The position numbers were made by a program, and so were the translations under genes. A stretch of 64,000 nucleotides of DNA from a virus (Duplodnaviria > Caudoviricetes), in the IMG/VR virus record IMGVR_UViG_3300046163_000031, positions 1,639 through 65,638 of that record. One strand, given 5' to 3'. How positions within the stretch are numbered: the first letter of the stretch is position 1; each line of letters opens with the position of its first letter. Positions 26,440 to 37,900 of this stretch are shown in pieces. A model generated the notes under the pieces. It saw nothing but the letters and a program-made list of their open reading frames with translations, was not told the origin of the DNA and ran no database searches.

Positions 26440-27407
26440 TGGGATTATTTGATGAGCGCATAGCGTACAAACCGTTTGAATATCCTGAATATTACACAGA
26501 AGGTTGGTTAAAACAAGCACAAGCATTTTGGTTACACACTGAAATCTCAATGCAAAGCGATATAAAAGATTGGAATGAAAAACTTAACGAAAAAGAAAAA
26601 CACCTTGTCGGGAACATACTTCTTGGCTTCGCACAAACGGAATGCGCGGTATCAGACTATTGGACCCAGAACGTCGTATCGTGGTTTCCTAAACACGAAA
26701 TAAGACAAATGGCTATGATGTTTGGATCACAAGAAACTGTGCATGCTGTAGCATATAGTTATTTAAATGAAACACTAAAACTAGAAGATTATGAAGCATT
26801 TCTTCACGAACCAGCAACGTCTGCTAGATTTGATAATTTGGTTGCTTATGACGGGAATAATCCTGTGGGTATTGCAAAAAGCTTGGCTGTATTTTCAGCC
26901 TTCGCTGAAGGAGTTAGCCTGTATAGTGCTTTTGCAGTTTTGTATAGTTTTCAGCTTCGAAATCTACTTAAGGGTATCGGGCAACAAATGAAATGGTCAG
27001 TAAGAGATGAATCATTACATAGTAAAATGGGTTGTAAACTATTTAGAGATATGTGTAAAGAAAACGATCAATTACTACATTTATGCAGAGAAGACATAGT
27101 TAATGCCGCTGAAACAATGGTAAAACTTGAAAGTAGTTATATTGACAAAATGTTTGAAGCTGGTGACATTGAGGGTATATCAGCTAATAATTTAAAACAA
27201 TTTATAAAAAAGAGAGCAAATGAAAAACTTGTGGAACTTGGTTATATCGACCTGGGATCGTATTTCGCTTATGACAAAAAAGCAGCGTCTAATCTTGATT
27301 GGTTTTACCATCTTACCGGGGGCATCACTCATACTGATTTTTTTGCTATTAGGCCAACTGATTACTCAAAAGCTAACGAAGGTGAAGACTTTGAAGATAT
27401 CTGGTAA
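26439..27407 (+). CDS. nrdB: Class I ribonucleotide reductase beta subunit
   Basis: YKPFEYP, E.VH...Y, AEG, RDESLH, C-terminal DFF..RPTDY. Confidence 0.95.
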   Translation: MGLFDERIAYKPFEYPEYYTEGWLKQAQAFWLHTEISMQSDIKDWNEKLNEKEKHLVGNILLGFAQTECAVSDYWTQNVVSWFPKHEIRQMAMMFGSQETVHAVAYSYLNETLKLEDYEAFLHEPATSARFDNLVAYDGNNPVGIAKSLAVFSAFAEGVSLYSAFAVLYSFQLRNLLKGIGQQMKWSVRDESLHSKMGCKLFRDMCKENDQLLHLCREDIVNAAETMVKLESSYIDKMFEAGDIEGISANNLKQFIKKRANEKLVELGYIDLGSYFAYDKKAASNLDWFYHLTGGITHTDFFAIRPTDYSKANEGEDFEDIW

Positions 27408-27484
27408 AATAAATATAACGGAAGAAGATATATATAAAGATCTTAACTATAATGGTATGTATAAATTTGTAAAAAAAAAATAAA

Positions 27485-28069
27485 ATGATTTATATAAAAG
27501 ATGATTTTTTACCTCACAATTTATTAAACGCTATATTAAAAGATAAAGAAAAATATAAAGAACATAAAACTCCTGGTAAATCTTTTTGGGTAAAAGAACC
27601 TAGCTTAATGTTTATTGATTATATAAGTAATAGAATATCAGAAATAGAAGGTTACAAAATAAACAATATACTTTGTTTTTTTAGAGAAGCAAAAAAAGGT
27701 CAAGACGATAAATGGAGAATACATAACGATACTATTATTCAAAATCAAAAACCAGAAAGAGCAATAGTTTTATTTTTGTCTGAAGATAGTTATCAAGGTT
27801 TAAATGGAACTGCATTTTGGTCACATAATGTTCATGGAGATACATACACAGATGGCTCAGTAGATGATTTTAACGATCTTTTAATTAATGATAGCAATGA
27901 TATATCTAAATGGAATTTAAAAACAATTATAGGCCATAAAAAAAATAGACTTATTTCTTATCCGTGTAATTATTTTCACAGCAAGTATCCAAATGAGTTT
28001 AAAAACAGTAGACAAGTAATGGTAATGTTTTATAATAAAAATAAAAATGAAATCACAAAAACAAAGTAA
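27485..28069 (+). CDS. 2OG-Fe(II) oxygenase-like protein (DUF6445-like)
   Basis: DDFL start, IHND, GTAFW, NRLISY, FHS, R..MVMF. Confidence 0.7.
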   Translation: MIYIKDDFLPHNLLNAILKDKEKYKEHKTPGKSFWVKEPSLMFIDYISNRISEIEGYKINNILCFFREAKKGQDDKWRIHNDTIIQNQKPERAIVLFLSEDSYQGLNGTAFWSHNVHGDTYTDGSVDDFNDLLINDSNDISKWNLKTIIGHKKNRLISYPCNYFHSKYPNEFKNSRQVMVMFYNKNKNEITKTK

Positions 28070-28292
28070 AATAAATTTAATACAAAAAAAACTTGAAGCT
28101 CAAAACAGAGTTTTAGAGCACATTTTAAAAGAGTTAACTAATGTTACAGATTTAGCTATAGGAACTTTAGAAACTTTAAAAATCATGGACAAAAAAGGTT
28201 ATGAGAAAGCAATTGAAACGATTAAACAGAATATTATTAAAGAATCTAGTAAGACAGAAAAGACTAAGTCCTTGGAAAAGACTAGCGACTAG
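28047..28292 (+). CDS. Hypothetical helical protein
   Basis: ORF in operon. Confidence 0.55.
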   Translation: MKSQKQSKINLIQKKLEAQNRVLEHILKELTNVTDLAIGTLETLKIMDKKGYEKAIETIKQNIIKESSKTEKTKSLEKTSD

Positions 28293-28467
28293 AGCTGGGT
28301 ACATGGGTGCTGGTTTTTTAATAGCAGCACAATGGACTTTAGAGCCAAGACTATATATACTTGGTTTTATTTGTGTAATGATACAAACAGCTTCAAGAAA
28401 ACAATGGAATTTAGTAGCTTTAAATTTAAACGGTTTAATAGCTTGGACAAAACATTTTATAGGATAA
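28201..28467 (+). CDS. Small 3-TM membrane protein (PnuC half-like)
   Basis: Three hydrophobic segments. Confidence 0.5.
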   Translation: MRKQLKRLNRILLKNLVRQKRLSPWKRLATRAGYMGAGFLIAAQWTLEPRLYILGFICVMIQTASRKQWNLVALNLNGLIAWTKHFIG

Positions 28468-28471
28468 AAAT

Positions 28472-30190
28472 ATGTGGAATAATGAATGGATTAAAGGAGA
28501 AGATTACCCAAAATGGGGAGATACAGAAGTTTATAAAAAAACAATATCTGGTGGATATTTACTACAAGGCGAAACTCCTCGTGATGCTTACTTGCGTGTA
28601 TCTAAAACTGTTGCTAGAAGATTATACAAACCAGAAATGGCTGAAAAATTTTTTGAATACATCTGGAATGGCTGGCTTTGCCTTGCTAGTCCGGTTCTTA
28701 GTAATACTGGTACTGACCGCGGTCTTCCTATATCATGCTTTGGTATTGATGTGGCAGATAGCATACAGGATATAGGACAGAAAAATCTAGAGATGATGCT
28801 ACTCGCTAAGCATGGCGGTGGAGTTGGTATCGGTATAAATCAAATAAGACCCGCCGGCGCTAAAATAACAGGTAATGGAACAAGTGATGGAGTTGTGCCG
28901 TTTTGTAAAATATACGACTCAACTATACTTGCCACTAATCAAGGATCTGTCAGACGAGGAGCAGCATCGGTTAATATTAATATTGATCATGCCGATTTCG
29001 AAGAGTGGCTTGAAATACGTGAACCCAAAGGAGACATCAATCGTCAATCGCTCAACTTGCACCAATGTGCTATTGTCGGCGATAAATTTATGCGAAGACT
29101 TGAAGCTGGAGATAAACAAGCAAGAAAACGTTGGGGAAAACTTCTTCAAAAACGTAAAGCTACTGGAGAACCTTATATCCTATTTAAAGGGAATACAAAT
29201 AAAAATAACCCCAAAGCGTACAAAGACAATGGTCTAAAAGTGCACATGACAAACATATGCTCAGAGATTACGTTACACACTGATGAAAACCACAGTTTTG
29301 TATGTTGTTTATCATCATTAAATCTAGCAAAATATGAAGAGTGGAAAGGTACAAACCTTATTTACGACAGTATATGGTTCCTTGATGGAGTCATGGAAGA
29401 GTTTATACAACGAGCTAAAGGCTTACGAGGCTTTGAAAACGCGGTTAGGTCAGCTACGAAAGGAAGAGCGCTTGGCTTGGGAGTTTTGGGCTGGCACACG
29501 TACTTACAAGAAAAAGGTATATCGTTCGAAGGTTTACTTGCTCAGTTTGAAACTAGGAAAATATTTAGTCAAATTAAAATTGAAAGTGAAAGGGCTAGTA
29601 TGGCACTTGCAGAAACTTATGGAGAACCTTTGTGGTGTTCTGGAACTGGCATGCGTAATACTCATTTACGCGCTGTGGCTCCCACTGTTTCTAATAGCAA
29701 GCTTAGTGGCAATGTTTCGCCGGGTATAGAGCCTTGGGCTGCAAATGTATTTACAGAGCAGACAGCTAAAGGAACCTTTATACGTAAGAACCCTACTTTA
29801 TTAAAACTATTAAGAAAACTTAAAATAAATAACAATGAAACGTGGGATAAGATCATGGCTGACGGTGGTAGTGTGCAAAATATTATTGAGCTTGATGATG
29901 TTGTGTTGGCACACGAAACACCCGCAAAGGAGGTATTTAAAACTTTTAAGGAGATTAATCAATTAGAATTAGTTAATCAAGCTGGACTAAGACAGCAATA
30001 TGTAGATCAGTCGGTTAGTTTAAACTTAGCTTTTCCTAGTGTAGCAACACCAAAGTGGATTAATAAAGTTCATTTTGATGCTTGGAAAAAAGGTATTAAA
30101 ACGTTGTATTACACTAGAACAGAATCTGTTTTAAGAGGTGATATTGCACAGCAAGCAATGAGTGAAGATTGTTTAGCTTGTGATGGTTAA
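28472..30190 (+). CDS. nrdA: Class I ribonucleotide reductase alpha subunit, compact, no ATP cone
   Basis: ASPVLSN, PISCF, GGGVG, RRGA, TNICSEI, CCLSS, APT, KTLYY, C-terminal CLACDG. Confidence 0.95.
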   Translation: MWNNEWIKGEDYPKWGDTEVYKKTISGGYLLQGETPRDAYLRVSKTVARRLYKPEMAEKFFEYIWNGWLCLASPVLSNTGTDRGLPISCFGIDVADSIQDIGQKNLEMMLLAKHGGGVGIGINQIRPAGAKITGNGTSDGVVPFCKIYDSTILATNQGSVRRGAASVNINIDHADFEEWLEIREPKGDINRQSLNLHQCAIVGDKFMRRLEAGDKQARKRWGKLLQKRKATGEPYILFKGNTNKNNPKAYKDNGLKVHMTNICSEITLHTDENHSFVCCLSSLNLAKYEEWKGTNLIYDSIWFLDGVMEEFIQRAKGLRGFENAVRSATKGRALGLGVLGWHTYLQEKGISFEGLLAQFETRKIFSQIKIESERASMALAETYGEPLWCSGTGMRNTHLRAVAPTVSNSKLSGNVSPGIEPWAANVFTEQTAKGTFIRKNPTLLKLLRKLKINNNETWDKIMADGGSVQNIIELDDVVLAHETPAKEVFKTFKEINQLELVNQAGLRQQYVDQSVSLNLAFPSVATPKWINKVHFDAWKKGIKTLYYTRTESVLRGDIAQQAMSEDCLACDG

Positions 30191-30217
30191 AAAGTTATAA
30201 CTATTAGTTATTGTAAT

Positions 30218-30254
30218 AAAAAAAGGGCTCTCGTAATGAGGGCCCTTCTTTTTT
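30218..30254. terminator. Bidirectional intrinsic terminator at the convergent strand switch
   Basis: A-run, AAGGGCTCTC-GTAAT-GAGGGCCCTT, then CTTTTTT. Confidence 0.85.
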
Positions 30255-30299
30255 AGGAACTTTAGGTATGGTACGCCTATTTTATTTTGTTCCTTGTTT

Positions 30300-30659
30300 T
30301 TATCTAAGAAAATTGTCAATTTCTTTTACAATACCTTTTTTGCCAATATTTTTAGCTAGAAATTTACCCATATTATAAAGACTTTTAGCTCCTCCTCCTA
30401 GTATTAATCCTAAACTACCTGAGCTTCCTAATCTTTGCTCCATCATCTCTTTAGGAATATCTTTTAATAAACCTTGCTTATGTTGTTCTTCCGGTGTAAT
30501 AGGAACACTTTCGTTATTCATTCTATTTCTAGTTAATTCAATTTCAGCTAATCTTTCATTTGTGCTGTTATCAGATACAAGATTAGATACTTTGTTTAAA
30601 ATACCATTGCTTTCATCAACCGGGCCTGTTCTTCTTGTTATTAATTCTTCGTCTTCCAT
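30300..30659 (-). CDS. Hypothetical protein
   Basis: 119-aa ORF. Confidence 0.65.
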   Translation of the reverse strand: MEDEELITRRTGPVDESNGILNKVSNLVSDNSTNERLAEIELTRNRMNNESVPITPEEQHKQGLLKDIPKEMMEQRLGSSGSLGLILGGGAKSLYNMGKFLAKNIGKKGIVKEIDNFLR

Positions 30660-30663
30660 TTTT

Positions 30664-31149
30664 TTAAAGTTTTGATTTATATTTTCCGTCTGGAAGATAT
30701 TTTATTATTTTATCTATTGTTTTATTTTTACTATTATCCATATTTGAGTTTCCAAAAGCGCCAACTACTGAACCTGCAAAATTATTAGTTAAATCTTCAA
30801 CGCCTTCTAAAAAAGTATCTTTAACACTAGATTTGCCTTTTTTTACAGATGAATAACCAGCTTTAGCTTCGTGAGCAGCGCCTAAAACATTTGCCCCAAA
30901 AGCAGCTAAACCTCTACCCATTATAGAATTACCTAAGCCAAATGGAAGTTTATTTCTTAAACTTTCAGTAGTGTATTGAGCAGTTGTAACATGTCTAGGC
31001 GCATCGTTATTATCGTTAGCGCCATCGTATCTATTTTTTATGTTAGTTACTGCTTTTTTCTTAGGGTTACCTAATTCATACGCTAATTTAGACTCTATAG
31101 TGCCTGGCGAATTTTTAATCTTTTTAAGTAATTTATAAGGATCTGGCAT
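30664..31149 (-). CDS. Hypothetical protein, possible metal-dependent hydrolase (DUF6973-like)
   Basis: DAPRH...AHE...DL.NN..G pattern. Confidence 0.45.
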   Translation of the reverse strand: MPDPYKLLKKIKNSPGTIESKLAYELGNPKKKAVTNIKNRYDGANDNNDAPRHVTTAQYTTESLRNKLPFGLGNSIMGRGLAAFGANVLGAAHEAKAGYSSVKKGKSSVKDTFLEGVEDLTNNFAGSVVGAFGNSNMDNSKNKTIDKIIKYLPDGKYKSKL

Positions 31150-31151
31150 AA

Positions 31152-31385
31152 TTATTTTTTTGTTTTTCTACCTGCTCTAGCTTTTCCTTTTATAGCATCT
31201 GGTATATCACCAATTTGATCTCCAACTTCTTTTATAGCTTTAGCAACATCTTGAAGTTCTTTTGCAGTAAGTTTGTATCTTTTTTTAATTTCTTTTACAG
31301 TAGCTATAGCTTTTTCATCTATATTAGTTTTGCTCCAAAGTAAATTCCATACGTCAATCCAATATTGTTTAGTTAATTTCCACAT
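31152..31385 (-). CDS. Hypothetical protein in lysis region
   Basis: 77-aa amphipathic ORF. Confidence 0.6.
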   Translation of the reverse strand: MWKLTKQYWIDVWNLLWSKTNIDEKAIATVKEIKKRYKLTAKELQDVAKAIKEVGDQIGDIPDAIKGKARAGRKTKK

Positions 31386-31386
31386 A

Positions 31387-31542
31387 TTATTTATTTTTTT
31401 TTAATTTAATCCATTTGTCTATAGTATAACCTATTGTTACTAATAATAATAATACTTTTAATCCCATTTCTATATTAGTAAATGTTGTTACTCCTAATGT
31501 TGATGCGTTTATAATGTAAAGTTTTATTTGTTGAATATCCAT
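31387..31542 (-). CDS. Holin-like 51-aa membrane protein (not in ORF track)
   Basis: MDIQQIKLYIINASTLGVTTFTNIEMGLKVLLLLVTIGYTIDKWIKLKKNK, directly after the amidase. Confidence 0.65.
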   Translation of the reverse strand: MDIQQIKLYIINASTLGVTTFTNIEMGLKVLLLLVTIGYTIDKWIKLKKNK

Positions 31543-31546
31543 TTTT

Positions 31547-31987
31547 TTATATTGAGGCGTTAGTTATATTACAGTATTCTTTATTGGCATCAAAGCAAGG
31601 GCAAGATTTCGATGAAAACTCGTTGTGTCCATGTATTGTAGCATTTGGATGCAGTTTTATTAATGTTTTAAGCAATAGTAATAAGCTTTCTTTTTGTTCA
31701 GATGTTCTAGTATCTTTAGCTATCCATTTTCCATTAGAACCACGTTCTGATTCAACGCCTCCAATATAACAAATTCCTATTGATCCTTTATTGTGGTTTT
31801 TAACATGAGCTCCTTGTTCATATATATTTCTACCATACTCAATTGTACCGTCTAATAATACAACATAGTGATAACCTATACCTTTCCAGCCTCTTTTTAA
31901 ATGCCACCGGTTTATTTCAGCTGCATCTAAATTTCTGCCTTCTTGTGTAGCAGAGCAATGTACTATTATTTTGTTTATTTCTCTCAT
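31547..31987 (-). CDS. Endolysin, N-acetylmuramoyl-L-alanine amidase (T7 lysozyme-like)
   Basis: IIVHCSAT, IGYHYV, GAHV, GICYIGG, GH...KSCPCF. Confidence 0.93.
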   Translation of the reverse strand: MREINKIIVHCSATQEGRNLDAAEINRWHLKRGWKGIGYHYVVLLDGTIEYGRNIYEQGAHVKNHNKGSIGICYIGGVESERGSNGKWIAKDTRTSEQKESLLLLLKTLIKLHPNATIHGHNEFSSKSCPCFDANKEYCNITNASI

Positions 31988-31988
31988 T

Positions 31989-34900
31989 TTAAAATTCTAT
32001 TTTATCAAACTTTAATGAATCACCAAAATTTATTGTGTCAAAATTAAGGCCATCACTAGATTTTTTGTTATTGCCATCTTCTATACCTAAGTTCCATTTA
32101 CTATAACCAGCTAGCATAGCTAGTCTTTGCCAAGTTTCGTATTGAGTATTCATAGCGTCTTTTAGGTTTTCTGATTTTATATATAATCTATCTAAAGGTA
32201 AATTTATAGCCGCCGAGGTAATAGATGCTCCTGCTTGAAGATAATATTTGTTATCTAAACTCCAACCTAAATATTCTGCCTCTTGTTTATTGTATTGAAT
32301 AGATTCCCAGCCTTTCATTAATTTTCTTGCTTTTATACCAACCGGAGGTGAAACGTTTAAAGCTTCAACAAGTAGTTTTCCACTTTTATATCTACCTTTA
32401 GGATCAGCGTTTAATTCTATAGCTTTAGATACAACATTTTTAACTGCTGCAACAAATGCTCCTTTTAAACCAGAACCTCTAAGAAGAGTATCCATAGCTC
32501 CATTTACAGCTCTATACTTACCTGTATCATATTTTCCTTTCTCATCTGCATACTCATCATCATCTAGCCACATTCCAAACAACGCATTTTGTAAAAAGTT
32601 AAACACCATGTTTTGCAAAGCAGCATAATAAGTTATTTTAGCTATATTATTTCTCCAGTCACCTCTTCCTTTTGCTAAATCAACAACTGAATTTTTTATT
32701 ATTCTTCCATATTGAAGCGGCGTGTTTTGAAAAGCCAAAATTAATCTACCTTGTATTGAGGCTTGAGTTTGAGATATTTTAGAAGGATCAGCAGATTGTT
32801 GACTTATTTCAGCTGCTTCGTAAAATTCTCTCATTGCTTGTGATTCAGCAGCGTCAATTTCTACACCTTGTTTAACTAAAGATTTTATTCTATTTCTATA
32901 AAAACTAGAACCACCAAGTGCTATTGCAAAACTATCAGCAAATCTAGTAGGCATAAAACCTTTCTTTAAAACCCAAGCTATAGCAGCTTTTGTTTTACCT
33001 GCAAATGTTTTGTTTCTAGGATCATTAACAACATCAATAAGTTCTGCTTCTTGAATATCACTAAGCATTCCTTCTCTTCTATTTGACAAGTAAGCTGATT
33101 TCCAAAGGGTAGTAAAATCACTCCAAAACTGTTTTTGATTAATAAAAGTTTTAGCAGCTGCAAACACATTGTTATCTGTAGTATTTATAAAGTTAGTTGC
33201 AGAGATTGTTTGTAATAAAGCAGATCTCATATTAAAGAACATTGTAACACCAACAGATCCATTTAACCAATTAACAAAAGCGCTCTGTTCTTTTGGTTTG
33301 TTTTTACCAGTTTGCATTCTTTTTGTAATATCTTTAAGAGCTGTAACAAAATCCGCACCTAAAGCAGCTTCTAGTTTATATAAGTTTTCTTTATCAAATA
33401 TTAATTCCTTGTTTTGAATCCATCTTGATAAAAACTTTTCTCTATTAGAAAAATTAAGTATATCTTGTATATCACTTAATACATTTCCTGAACTCCAACC
33501 TTTACTTGGTTCTATCCAGTTATTTTTCATTTTAGATATTTTTTCAAGATCTAGCGCGAAGCTTTTTAGTTTTGAGTTTTTTCTAATTATGTTACTTAAA
33601 AACATTATATCTTTACTATCTAAACCTGGTATTTCAATTCTATTTCTTTTCCAAAGATAAACTCTTAAAGCAGTGTCTAATGAAAAACCACTGTACCCAG
33701 AATCTTCTGCTAATAGTTTTTTTATTCCTTTGTTTTTCTTTAATAGGTTTTTAAAATCTCTATGTGCAACATTTTTAGCTTCAACCATATTCAACATACC
33801 CTCAGAATAAGGTTTTATTAAGTTATCGTTTAACCATTTTAATTGTTTTTCTCCTTTTTTACCTTTACCAGAGGCTATCATATACATAAGACCTAAAAAA
33901 TCTGAATCACCAGGTGGAAGCCACACGTTATTACCCCCAACAAGTTTACCTAAAATTCTACCTCTTTCTTCAGAAAAAACCTCGTCTACATTTATATTGT
34001 AGTTTTCTTCAATTATTTCATTTAACCCTTTTGAAAGGTTATTACTGTATTCGTTTCTTTCGTTATTTAAACTAAATTTAATATCACCTGTTTCTATAAC
34101 ATTTCTAGACATTTTACCTTTCCAATTAGCGTTGTTTTTAAAGTAAAAATCATTATAACCTTGAGATATTTTATCTATTAAATAATAAGAAATAGCTTTG
34201 TCATTCATGTTACCTAAATCAGGAACATTAAATTTAATAGCTTTTTTATTAAACTTTATAGTTTTTCTAGTTGCATCATCTATAGTTTCAGCCATAAACA
34301 ATTGATCATTAACATCAGCTGTAGAAGATAAGTAATCAGATCCTTTAGCGTTATTCAAAGAGCCGTTATCTAAAGTAAATCTTTCTCTAAATTCTTTGTT
34401 AGAGTTTCTTTTTATATCTTTTATAGACTGCTTAAACTGCTTGTTTGTTAAAGTAAATTCATCAAAAACAATTCCTTGTTCATTTGCTTCATTAACTTCG
34501 TAATTAAATCTTGATCTAAACATGTTAGCTAATCTTCCATACAATCTAGTTCTAGACTTAGCTTCAGAATCAAAAGTTATATTTTTTATATTAAACTTAT
34601 TTACAGCTTCTAATAATCCATTAGCTACAATACTCATTACTTTAAAAGAATCACCAGTTCCTGATATTTCTGTTGATGGTATTGTTCCTGTAATAGTTTC
34701 TCCAAACCTATCAAAAGTTACATCTTTCATTAACGCAAATTGAAACTCATAATTGTCTTTTCCTTTAGGCATTAAGTTAAGTAAATAAGTTTTACCGTTA
34801 ACAACAAAAGAAGCGTTATACATTTGATCTGAGTTTGGATCTCCAGGTATCATACTACTATCAGACCATTTTAAATCTGCTTTAGTATTTAAACTAAATT

Positions 34901-37900
34901 TAACACTAGGTGATTTACCTCTAGCTAAGTTGTTTAAAACTTTGTTTCTTATATTTGTGTTTTTAAGATCTCGGTATAAATCAACATTTCTTTTAGATAA
35001 TTGTTCTAAAAAAGCATCATCTCTTATTGCGTTTCTAGCTTCTTGCAAAACAAGAACATCTCCAAACAATTCCATCAAAGCTGTTCTTCTGTCAAAATAA
35101 GCAGTAGCCCATAGTGTTTTACCTGTTCTACCTTGCTCCACAGGGTCAAAGCTATTTAATAGTTTTTGCTTATTGTTTTTAGCTAGCTTGTCTATTATTC
35201 TAGTGGCTTCATCTAAACCAAAATAGTTTTGTAAAAAACTAGCAACATTTAAGTTTTTAATTTTTCTAGGTTTTCCCTGATTATCAGAATCTTTAAGTCT
35301 TGGTGGTAATTTTTTTATTGCGTAAGTAGACTCACCTGTTACTGGATCAATAGGATTGTTTATAACATCAAATATTAATTTCCAATTATCAAACATAAAA
35401 CTTTCTAATGAAGAAGAATTTTTAAAAGTCATTCTTCTTGTTAGTGTTTGTGATAATATAGCTAATTTTTCTTTAAAGTTTTTAAAGTCTAGATTTTCAA
35501 TGTTACGAGAGTTTAATATTTCTCTTTTAACTTCAGCTACTATAATTTTAGCAGGACTAACTAACTCAGAATAAGCTTCATATGTTTTAACCATTCCGCC
35601 AGACCCTAGACTGTATGTTTTAAAAGACTTTAATTCTTTTAATTCTTTAGCTTCAGCGTTTGTTAAGCTTTGCTTGTTTTCTAGTTCTAAACCTCTTTTT
35701 AAATCTCTTTTTTGTCTTTCTAGTTCAGCTCTTTCTTTAGGGTCAGAAACCGTTGCTAGTCTTCTGTTAACAGCTATACCAGGGTCATTTGCATCTAGAG
35801 CAAAATCACCACCAACTGGTATACCTTGTATCTCTATAGGTTTTCCATCTACATCTGTAAAGCCAAAATTAGGATCTTTAAGCAGTTCAATTAATTGATC
35901 TTGATCTTTTTCATAAGATTGTTTTTCCTGCTCTAAAACATCATTATCTACGTCTAAAATAGATGCTGTTATTCTGTCATCTATATCAGTTGTGTATTTT
36001 TGTGAAGTAACGCTACCTGTTTTAAGCGCTGCTTTCATTTTATTTCTAAGTTGAGAATTTATCCAACCATTTAAATTGTCATTTTGAGTTATAAGTTCTC
36101 CTTTTTTGTTTTTATAACCTTTTTCGTCTAATTTATTTAAAGTGTTGTTTATTTCATTAGAACTTAAGTTATCATCTTGTAACTCTTTTCTTTTGTTTTC
36201 TCTAAGATTTAAAAATTCTTTATTAAAATTTCTTATATGAGGTAATAAAGCTATTTGAGTTTCTTGCAACATGTCTTCAGCACTGTAATCAGGTAGAGAT
36301 CCGTATAATGTTTGAGCTTTAGAAAGTATTGGTGTTTCATATTGCTCTAATATTTCATAGAAAACTATATCATCAGGTGCTATGTTTGCCCATTTGTTTT
36401 TATTATATTTAGAGTTTATAGTATTTTTAAACTCATCAGCATTAGACCTAGAAGTTGTTTTTAATGCAAATTTTTCATCAAAAGTATAATTATCTTGACT
36501 AACAGGTTCTTTAACCGGCTTTGGTTTTGAAACTTTCTTTTCATCAAGAAGTTCATTAGTTTCTTTTTTTAAAGCTTTTTTATCTACTTTAGCACCTTTT
36601 GTTCCTAATTTTTTAAATGCCTTATTTTTATCTAAAGACATAACTCTATTGTTCATAGATTTATTGTAGTCTTTTATAAAATTATAAACATCTCTACCTG
36701 AACCAAATTTAACATCTCTAACACCTAGAAATTGTAAAACCTGTCTAAATACATCTGCTAATTTAGTAAAAACATCTTCATTATATGTAACAGCGCCAAC
36801 ATCTATAGCTTCAGAATAAAGAGTTAAAACTTCTTCCCACTGTTTACCTAGTTCTGTTGATACTTTATTATTATATTCGGACTTTGTTATTGTTCCAGCT
36901 TTTAAATCTGCTTCAATTCCAGCAATACTATTTTTATAATAATTTATATAACCAGTAAAGTCTTTTAAAAACTTAGCAGGCAAAGCGGTTAATTTAGAAT
37001 CATTAGCAGAAAGTCTTTCTTGTATTTTAAGTATTTCACCTAATAAAGATTTACCTAATAATATAGCGGCTTCAGGATCATTTTTTATTGTCTCATAAAT
37101 TAAGCCATGTAAAAACTCGTGTTGTTTAACCCCTATTCTTCCACCTTTAGCGGCTTTGTCATTGTTTATTAAAACAATTTTTTTACCATCAAAATCTATT
37201 ATACTTCCGTATTGTTGTGAAGTAAAATCTGCTTTTTCAGGAGTGTAGTTTAATTCGTTTATTAAAAAATCTTTAGCTTCTTGAACAGAGTTAACTTCTT
37301 TCCATTCAGTATTAGTTATAATACCTTTTTTTATCGCAGCAGTTATTATTCCTGATTTTCTAGCAGTTAAGTCATTATAATATACTCTTTGTATTTTCTC
37401 ATCTAAAGCTTTTATTCTTTCGTCTGTAGCTGCATTAAAAGATTTGTCCTCTGTTTTACGTTGATTTCTTAGTTTACCAACTTCGTTAAGATCACCTAGT
37501 ATTTCTTCAGCAGCTTGAGCGCTTATGTCGGTAGGCATTCTATTTATGTTGTTATTAAAAGCCTCTATTTCTTGTAAAACCTGATCTGCTTCTTCTTGAG
37601 TATATATACCCTGATTAACTTGATCTGCTAATATTTTTTTAACTTTCTTTTTCTTATAAGATAACAAACTTAAGTTGTTAAATCTATCTACAGCACCCAT
37701 ACCTAGTAATTGCCTAGCTGATTTTTTAGCACCTTTTACAGCTACCCCAGCGCCAGGCATTATTGCACCAGCAAAAAACGAAAGCACAGTAGTGTCTATA
37801 AAATCTTGCATAGACATAGTATCTTTCATTATTTTTTTACCAGCGGATTCATTTACTTGTTTATTAACAACAAATGTTTCACCTGACTGCTGTATGTTTT

